Assembly: GCA_965207885.1 (NCBI GenBank)
Contig: OZ242311.1
Span: 480,001 to 544,000 of the forward strand
Direction of reading: 5' to 3'
DNA length: 64,000 nt
From: Candidatus Latescibacterota bacterium
GTDB taxonomy: Bacteria; Latescibacterota; UBA2968
The first letter of the stretch is position 1, and the number at the start of each line of letters is the position of its first letter. The notes beneath the pieces are model-generated. The model searched no databases. It was not told where the DNA came from and was given only the letters and a program-made list of their open reading frames with translations. A program made the position numbers and the translations under genes. Shown piece by piece: positions 57,498 through 64,000 of this stretch.

Positions 57498-57757
57498 CGG
57501 TACATATCTTTCACATGAACGCCCGTTCAGGGTTCAAAATGTACCCTTTTGCATCCCGGCGCGTTCCGTTTGTATGTGCCTCCAAAGGCGATCCATATAT
57601 TCAAGTTAAGGCGCAATACAGTATATTAAAAGCATGATGAGGGTGCTTGAGCTTCTGTCCATAACATTATCGCTCAATTCTGTGACGTTGGCTTGATATT
57701 TGCTCAGGGTCTGACTGTTGTGTATAAACTTCACCCATCAGACTCAGGGCATTCCAC

Positions 57758-58663
57758 ATGGCCGAATATGACACCATCTCCAAACATCTGATCCAAACCT
57801 ACCCCAAAGACTTCATCCAATTCACACTTGGACATGAGGATGTAGAAGTCCTCGACATCCTCAACACAGAGCAAAATACGGTTGATACACGACATACCGA
57901 TAGCCTTATCCGCGTCCATATCGCGGGTAAGGAGGTATTGGTGCATCATGAGTTTCAAACCACTGACGATCCATCTATGCCGCTCCGCATGGCGGGCTAT
58001 ATTATACGGGCGATAGAGCGTCACGACCTGCCGATTTATTCCAGTGTGATCTACTTACGGCGCAGTGCAGGTCGGCGCGATCCAGGGCACTTTGTTCAGG
58101 AAATATCCGGCCGTCGCGTTGTGATAGAATACACAGTGATTCGGCTCAGTGAGATAGAGGGACAGGATATTCTTGATGGCGGACCTTCGGGCTTGTTTCC
58201 GTTTGCATCATTGATGAAACATCCTGTTGGGATAGATTCAGAGGGGTGGTTGCGTCACTGTGTTGACGCGACGAATGCGCTGCCGGTGGATGAATCAATA
58301 AAGGTTGACTTTTTGGGCAGGTTGATGATATTGAGTGGGTTAGAGTATGATCCGACACTGATCAATCGTATTCTATTACAGGAGGGTCTTATGGATGCCA
58401 TTATGCGCGAATCGTCGTTTGCTCAATACATTAAGCAACTGGGTATTGAGCAGGGTAGAGAGGAAGGTATTGAGCAAGGGGGCAGGCAACGCGCCGTTGA
58501 AGATATTCTTGAAGTGTTGGAGATTCGATTTGACCTGAGCGAAGCACACCCTCTATCTGCTCGCATTGCCGCGATTGACGATTTGCAACGCCTGAAGCAG
58601 TTGCTCCGTGCGGCGATACAGGTGTCCAATCTTGAGGCATTTGAGCAAGCGTTGGATGCGTGA
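57758..58663 (+). CDS. Rpn-family (PD-(D/E)xK) nuclease
   Basis: YDTISK, TDSL...HHEFQT...MPLRMAGY, GIEQGREEGIEQG repeats. Confidence 0.85.
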   Translation: MAEYDTISKHLIQTYPKDFIQFTLGHEDVEVLDILNTEQNTVDTRHTDSLIRVHIAGKEVLVHHEFQTTDDPSMPLRMAGYIIRAIERHDLPIYSSVIYLRRSAGRRDPGHFVQEISGRRVVIEYTVIRLSEIEGQDILDGGPSGLFPFASLMKHPVGIDSEGWLRHCVDATNALPVDESIKVDFLGRLMILSGLEYDPTLINRILLQEGLMDAIMRESSFAQYIKQLGIEQGREEGIEQGGRQRAVEDILEVLEIRFDLSEAHPLSARIAAIDDLQRLKQLLRAAIQVSNLEAFEQALDA

Positions 58664-58752
58664 CTTCTGGCTGTATCTCTTTATAATACACCAAACCCCA
58701 GACGATTTTTCGCCTGGGGTCTTGTTTTTAATTTTTTCCAAAGGAGTCCACC

Positions 58753-59511
58753 ATGTCTCTCGCTGCATGTATATGGGCACTGACCTGTGCTGAGGAACTC
58801 GCGTTAGAACAGGTTGCCGATGCGGGGTTTACCCATATTGATATTCGTCCGGGTTGGCTTCGGACAGCCGATCTTCAACAACGGGCCAGAGATCTCGGTC
58901 TCGCTGTTTCGTGTATTGCCGCTTCTGCCGATATGCCCGAAGGGGTGTCCCTTGCTGGGGATAATTTACAAACCGCACGCGACCACATAAATCGGGCATT
59001 TGAACACGGTGCTCGGCTCGGTGCAACGACGGCGTACTTGGTGCCCCAGGGCGATGATGCCGACCTGTTTGCCGAGTCTTTGAGTGTGCTGGCTGATCAG
59101 GCACAAGATGCTGGTGTCAAGCTCGCTGTTGAACACTTCCCGGGTACATTTTTGCCGACGGTGCCGTTTACGCTCACTTATCTCGAGGAGATTGGTCACC
59201 CCAATCTGTATCTGCTTTTTGATATTGGACATGCACAGATGGCGAATGAAGATCCCGCGGATATGATCACGCTGGCGGGAGATCGTCTGGGTTATGTTCA
59301 TCTCGATGATAATGATGGGGAGGAGGATCTGCACCTGGGGCTGTGCGATGGGATGCTTACGCGGGAGGTGCTGCGATCTACATTTGACGCGCTTCTTTCG
59401 GTCAATTATGCCGGGAATATGAGTCTTGAACTCAAGTCGGATATTCCAGAGCCTCTCGATGCGCTGAAGAGAAGTCGGGGGATTGTTAGAAGTGTGAAGT
59501 GTGAAGGATGA
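58753..59511 (+). CDS. Sugar phosphate isomerase/epimerase (xylose-isomerase-like TIM barrel)
   Basis: AVEH, FDIGH, YVHLDDNDG..DLH, SLE. Confidence 0.85.
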   Translation: MSLAACIWALTCAEELALEQVADAGFTHIDIRPGWLRTADLQQRARDLGLAVSCIAASADMPEGVSLAGDNLQTARDHINRAFEHGARLGATTAYLVPQGDDADLFAESLSVLADQAQDAGVKLAVEHFPGTFLPTVPFTLTYLEEIGHPNLYLLFDIGHAQMANEDPADMITLAGDRLGYVHLDDNDGEEDLHLGLCDGMLTREVLRSTFDALLSVNYAGNMSLELKSDIPEPLDALKRSRGIVRSVKCEG

Positions 59512-59575
59512 AGTGTGAAGAAGCACCCGATCTGGGGTGGTGTTGGGTGGATTTCTCACTTCACACTTCTTACTT
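59490..59575. repeat. Modular intergenic repeat (heptamer arrays in inverted orientation)
   Basis: AAGTGTG-like x4 ... GGGGTGGTGTTGGGTGG ... ATTTCTC ACTTCAC ACTTCTT. Confidence 0.8.
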
Positions 59576-59579
59576 GCTT

Positions 59580-60566
59580 TTACAGTTTGACTACAACCCG
59601 TCCGCGCATTTGTCCGGATAGGATGCGATCTATTTGGGTATTCAGGTCTTCCAAACCGCATTCTGCGATTATGTTGTTCAGGGTGTTGATTTTCCAATCT
59701 GTGGCGAGACGTTGCCAGATTTCTAGTCTGAGGTCCATGGGGCATAAGACGGAGTCGATGCCGATTAGTTTGACGCCGCGGAGGATAAATGGATATACTG
59801 TGGTGTGTAGTTCGGGGGATGCGACCAGGCCACAACAGGTTATTACGCCGTGATATTGCGTTGTTTTGATGAGTGTTGACAGGATGTTTCCGCCAACGGT
59901 ATCTATTGCCGCTGCCCAGCGGCCCGATAGGATGGGCCGCCCAGTGTCGTCGTCCAATGTGCGCCGGTCTATGACTTCAGATGCGCCGAGTTCTTTCAGG
60001 AAGTCCGTTTCTGGCGCTTTTCCCGTGGCTGCTACGACTCGAAAGCCGTTTTTGGCCAATATCGCCACTGCGAGACTGCCCACGCCGCCGGTTGCGCCGG
60101 TTACTACGATGTCGCCCTGGTCTGGCTTTATACCTGTTTCGATGATGTGATGGACTGATAGTGCTGCTGTAAATCCCGCTGTTCCATATCCCATGCTTTC
60201 TTTTGTGGTCAATTCTTCGGGGAGTTTGACCAGCCAATGCGCGGGCACTCTGATGTATTGTCCGAATCCGCCCGCGGTATTCATGCCCAGGTCGTAGCCC
60301 GTGACCAATACGCTGTTGCCAGGTTCATAGTCGGGAACGGTGCTTTCGGCGATTTCTCCTGCTGCATCTATTCCCGGCGTGTGCGGATATGCCTGCGTTA
60401 CGCCGCGATGCCCGGTTGCGGATAGGGCGTCTTTGTAATTTAGCGAGGAGTAGCGTACGCGGATCAGTATTTCGCCTTCGGGTAGTTCATCTATTTGTCG
60501 GTTTTCTACGGATCTCGAAAATTGATTCTCTGCTTCGCGTACGACGAGTGCTCGAAATGATGTCAT
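59580..60566 (-). CDS. YhdH/YhfP (AcuI-like) quinone oxidoreductase
   Basis: YSSLNYKDALS, GTAGFTA, TGATGGVGS, PFILRGVKLIGIDSV. Confidence 0.9.
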   Translation of the reverse strand: MTSFRALVVREAENQFSRSVENRQIDELPEGEILIRVRYSSLNYKDALSATGHRGVTQAYPHTPGIDAAGEIAESTVPDYEPGNSVLVTGYDLGMNTAGGFGQYIRVPAHWLVKLPEELTTKESMGYGTAGFTAALSVHHIIETGIKPDQGDIVVTGATGGVGSLAVAILAKNGFRVVAATGKAPETDFLKELGASEVIDRRTLDDDTGRPILSGRWAAAIDTVGGNILSTLIKTTQYHGVITCCGLVASPELHTTVYPFILRGVKLIGIDSVLCPMDLRLEIWQRLATDWKINTLNNIIAECGLEDLNTQIDRILSGQMRGRVVVKL

Positions 60567-60668
60567 AAGGGGTCCTCCTTATTGTAATTTAAGAATTGTC
60601 TCTCAATGCGAGATTCAATACACTATATTACACGTTACAACTCTAATCCCAAACAATAGTGTAACACA

Positions 60669-62498
60669 ATGCGATACAAGTCCCTCAAACAGTGCGTTGA
60701 CGATCTCGAGCGCAACGGCCATCTCATCCGTGTTGAACAGGAGGTGGATCCCCATCTGGAGATGGCAGAGATCCATCGCCGCGTTTTTCAGGCGAACGGT
60801 CCGGCTGTTTATTATGCGAATGTGAAAGATAGTCCATTTCCGGCGATTTCCAATCTTTTTGGTACGCTCGATCGCTCGCGTTTTCTCTTTCGGTCAACTT
60901 TGAGATGGGTACAACGCCTTGTCGAGGCCAAGGCCGATCCGGTTGCGTTTCTTCGCGCGCCCTGGCGCGCAATGGGGATTGCGAGGATTGCATTTAATAC
61001 GTTGCCGAAAAAGGTGCGCTTTGGCGCGGTGCTCAAACACAGTACGACTGTTGATCAGCTTCCTCAGATTCAGTGCTGGCCCGACGATGGCGGCCCGTTT
61101 GTTCTTTTGCCCCAGGTTTATACTGAGGATCCCGACCGGCCGGGTGTTATGAATGCCAATTTGGGGATGTATCGCATCCAGCTTTCGGGTAATGAATACA
61201 TACAGAACGAAGAAGTTGGTCTGCACTACCAGATCCGCCGCGATATTGGGATCCACCATGCGAATGCGCTCAAGCGCGGGGAGCCTTTGCGCGTGAGTAT
61301 TTTTATCGGGGGACCGCCCGCGCATACGTTTTCTGCTGTTATGCCTTTGCCCGAGGGTTTGTCCGAAATTATTTTTGCCGGGGGTCTGGCCGGGCGTCGG
61401 TTTCGCTATGCGCGCAGGAATGCCTGTGTTATTTCTACTGAGGCAGATTTTGTTATTACTGGTGTGGTTCATCCCGGCGAGACCAAACCCGAGGGTCCTT
61501 TTGGCGATCATCTGGGGTATTATAGCCTGGCGCATGATTTTCCCGTTCTCCAGGTCGAAGATGTTTGGCACCGGAGAGACGCTATTTATCCCTTTACTGT
61601 TGTGGGGCGCCCCCCGCAGGAAGATACGGCATTTGGCGCACTTATCCACGAGATTACCGGTCCGATGGTTCCCGTCGAGATTCCCGGTCTCAAGTCTATT
61701 AATGCTGTGGATGCGGCAGGTGTCCATCCTTTGCTGATTGCCATTGGTTCGGAACGCTATGTGCCTTACCGAGAGCGACAACCACAGGAGATTCTCACGC
61801 TGGCCAATGCACTGCTCGGTTTTGGTGCGTGTTCTCTGGCAAAGTATCTCTTTATTTGTGCGGGGGAAGATAATCCCCATCTGAATACGCACGATATCGG
61901 TGCTTATTTTATCCACGTTCTCGAGCGGGTGGATTGGCGGCGCGATCTTCACTTTCAAACGCGTACGACGATTGATACGCTGGATTATTCGGGTACAGGG
62001 TTTAATGAGGGTTCCAAAGTCGTGATCGCCGCAGCAGGTGCGAAGAGACGCGATCTGTGGCGAGAGGTGCCGGGTGATCTGGCTCTGCCTGATGGATTTA
62101 AGAATCCCGCGATTGCACTGCCCGGTATTGTAGCTGTTGAAGGTCCCGATTTTAAAGATGCAGATCAGGGGGGTAAGGATGTAGCCCGCCTTGCCGAGAC
62201 GCTTGCTTCTCAGTCTCTCGATGGTTTGCCGCTTGTCCTTATTGTCGATGATAGCGCGTTTTGTTCGCGTACGCTCAACAATTTTCTCTGGGTCGCGTTC
62301 ACGCGGTCCAATCCTTCACATGATGTTTACGGTGTTGATAGTTTTATTGAATACAAACACTGGGGCTGCAATGGGTCGCTGATTGTTGATGCGCGCCACA
62401 AGCCCCACCACGCGCCCCCGCTTGTTGAAGATCCCAATATTACAAAAAAGGTAGAGGCTCTCGGAGCGTCGGGTGGGCCATTGTATGGGGTTATATAG
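60669..62498 (+). CDS. UbiD-family prFMN-dependent decarboxylase (long form)
   Basis: NLFGT, DGGPF, NLGMYRIQ, PEGPFGDHLGYYS, VVGRPPQED. Confidence 0.92.
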   Translation: MRYKSLKQCVDDLERNGHLIRVEQEVDPHLEMAEIHRRVFQANGPAVYYANVKDSPFPAISNLFGTLDRSRFLFRSTLRWVQRLVEAKADPVAFLRAPWRAMGIARIAFNTLPKKVRFGAVLKHSTTVDQLPQIQCWPDDGGPFVLLPQVYTEDPDRPGVMNANLGMYRIQLSGNEYIQNEEVGLHYQIRRDIGIHHANALKRGEPLRVSIFIGGPPAHTFSAVMPLPEGLSEIIFAGGLAGRRFRYARRNACVISTEADFVITGVVHPGETKPEGPFGDHLGYYSLAHDFPVLQVEDVWHRRDAIYPFTVVGRPPQEDTAFGALIHEITGPMVPVEIPGLKSINAVDAAGVHPLLIAIGSERYVPYRERQPQEILTLANALLGFGACSLAKYLFICAGEDNPHLNTHDIGAYFIHVLERVDWRRDLHFQTRTTIDTLDYSGTGFNEGSKVVIAAAGAKRRDLWREVPGDLALPDGFKNPAIALPGIVAVEGPDFKDADQGGKDVARLAETLASQSLDGLPLVLIVDDSAFCSRTLNNFLWVAFTRSNPSHDVYGVDSFIEYKHWGCNGSLIVDARHKPHHAPPLVEDPNITKKVEALGASGGPLYGVI

Positions 62499-62590
62499 CG
62501 AATCAACGAATCAGCGAATCAGCGAATCGGGATTTGCACTGACTTTGGGTGGCAGGGTGGGATTCGTCTATTCGTCTATTCGTCTATCTC
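62498..62590. repeat. Octamer-array variant of the modular repeat
   Basis: GCGAATCA-like x4 ... GGGTGGCAGGGTGGG ... (ATTCGTCT)x3 in the opposite orientation. Confidence 0.75.
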
Positions 62591-62609
62591 TTCACGGAGG
62601 ACAATTCTT

Positions 62610-63470
62610 ATGTTCTACCGGCATCTTTTGATCATTCTCAGTGTCTGCCTCGCCAGCTATGGCGAATGCGACTCAGGTGCTCATAAGAAGGGGGAGGGTA
62701 TAACGATTCCGGATATCTACCTGCGTGCGGTGATTGAGGATTCTTTGAACAAGGCGAGAGGGGAAGCGATTACTGCGGCTGAGATGGCGACTTTGACGCG
62801 TCTTGAAGCACCGAATTCAAGGGTTCGCGATTTGACGGGGATTGAGTACGCGACCGAACTGACGGTGCTGAATCTCGGCGATGTATTTATAAATGGCAAC
62901 CGGATCAATAGCAATGAGATTTCGGATATTTCGCCACTGTCGGGTTTGGTCAAGCTGACGGAGTTGTATATCCATCGCAATCAGATATGGGATATTTCGT
63001 CGCTGTCGAATTTAACGGAGTTGGAAAAACTGGATGTTAGTGCGAATTTTCATATTTCCGATATTTCACCGCTGTCGGGTATGACTAAACTGAGGACGCT
63101 GTATCTCTATACCAATGAGATTTCGGATCTCTCGCCATTGTCGGATTTGACCAATTTGAGGTGGCTGAGTTTGAGTAATAATCTGATCTGGGATATTTCT
63201 GACCTGGCGAGTTTGACAGAGTTGAGGGGGTTGGCTCTAAATATCAATGCCGTGTCGGATATTTCTCATCTGTCGGGTATGATCTATATGGAGAGGCTGA
63301 ATATTTGGGATTGCGATATTGTGGATTTATCGCCTCTGGTGGAGAACGCGGGATTGCGTGGGGAAAAGGATTTTATCGATGTGAGGGATAATCCCCTGAG
63401 CGAGACATCACTGAACACGCATATTCCGACGCTTCGGGAGAGAGGGGTCAGGGTGAGGCTGGATAATTGA
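62610..63470 (+). CDS. Exported internalin-like leucine-rich repeat protein
   Basis: Signal peptide, IPD..LRAVIE cap, 22-aa repeats NxISDISPLSGLxxLxxLxL. Confidence 0.9.
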   Translation: MFYRHLLIILSVCLASYGECDSGAHKKGEGITIPDIYLRAVIEDSLNKARGEAITAAEMATLTRLEAPNSRVRDLTGIEYATELTVLNLGDVFINGNRINSNEISDISPLSGLVKLTELYIHRNQIWDISSLSNLTELEKLDVSANFHISDISPLSGMTKLRTLYLYTNEISDLSPLSDLTNLRWLSLSNNLIWDISDLASLTELRGLALNINAVSDISHLSGMIYMERLNIWDCDIVDLSPLVENAGLRGEKDFIDVRDNPLSETSLNTHIPTLRERGVRVRLDN

Positions 63471-63485
63471 CGGAGGACAGTTCCC

Positions 63486-64000
63486 ATGATTTATCGATAT
63501 CTTTTGATCATCCTCGGTGTCTGTCTCGCCATTTATGGCGCGTGCGATGCAGGTGCTCATAAAAAGGGCGAGGGTATAACGATTCCGGATATCTACCTGC
63601 GTGCGGTGATTGAGGATTCTCTGCATAAGGCGAGGGGAGAGGCGATTACTGCGGCTGAGATGGCGACATTGACGCGTCTTGAAGCACCGAATTCAAGAAT
63701 TCGCGATTTGACGGGGATTGAGTACGCGACCGAACTGACGGTGCTGAATCTCGGCTATGTATTGACGAATGGGGGTCGCGTCAATAGCAATGGTATTTCG
63801 GATCTCTCGCCGTTGTCGGGTTTGATCAAGCTGACGGAGTTGAATCTTTTTCGCAATACAATAGCGGATATATCGCCGCTGTCGAAATTGACAGAGTTGA
63901 GAGTACTGGATCTTAGTGGGAATTCCTATATTTCGGATCTTTCTCCGCTGTCGGGTTTGACGGGGATTAGAACGCTGCATCTCTATACCAATGATGTTTC
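63486..64000 (+). CDS. Second internalin-like LRR protein, 3'-partial
   Basis: MIYRYLLIILGVCLAIYGACDAGAHKKGEGITIPDIYLRAVIED is nearly identical to 62610; the frame runs off the window end. Confidence 0.88.
   Translation, partial: MIYRYLLIILGVCLAIYGACDAGAHKKGEGITIPDIYLRAVIEDSLHKARGEAITAAEMATLTRLEAPNSRIRDLTGIEYATELTVLNLGYVLTNGGRVNSNGISDLSPLSGLIKLTELNLFRNTIADISPLSKLTELRVLDLSGNSYISDLSPLSGLTGIRTLHLYTNDV

Noticed and set aside
57500-57757. Possible gene remnant or sRNA upstream of the Rpn gene
   Set aside because: Only short open frames with no recognisable motif or convincing structure.

Overview
Bacterial chromosomal window. The gene repertoire (many PhyH dioxygenases, internalin-like LRR proteins, an Rpn nuclease, expanded ~800-aa ABC permeases) resembles sponge-associated Latescibacterota/Poribacteria-like genomes; this taxonomy is inference only. 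(1) 1-23.4 kb: a minus-strand array of nine duplicated MacB/FtsX-type ABC permease genes with no ATPase in view. The last copy is broken by an IS4. An ECF sigma gene and a thioredoxin-fold gene are embedded. The array forms two units, each headed by a near-identical sigma54 promoter plus enhancer cassette. (2) 23.5-32.5 kb: an MFS transporter, a catabolic cluster (beta-propeller, two PhyH, enolase-superfamily enzyme, FucU, Rieske protein), and a second ECF sigma behind a terminator-containing structured leader. (3) 32.7-46.5 kb: an accessory patchwork of toxin-antitoxin relics, nucleotidyltransferases, attC/dif-like sites, HNH and HEPN-like genes, IS5, IS3 and a Schlafen/AlbA protein. (4) 46.6-64 kb: housekeeping genes (pdxH, pdxJ, tig, clpP, clpX, engB, serA, purA), an Rpn nuclease with an internal start, a UbiD enzyme and tandem LRR genes. 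A modular family of intergenic repeats recurs across the window. No rRNA, tRNA or CRISPR array was seen. All family assignments come from motif recognition, not database searches.
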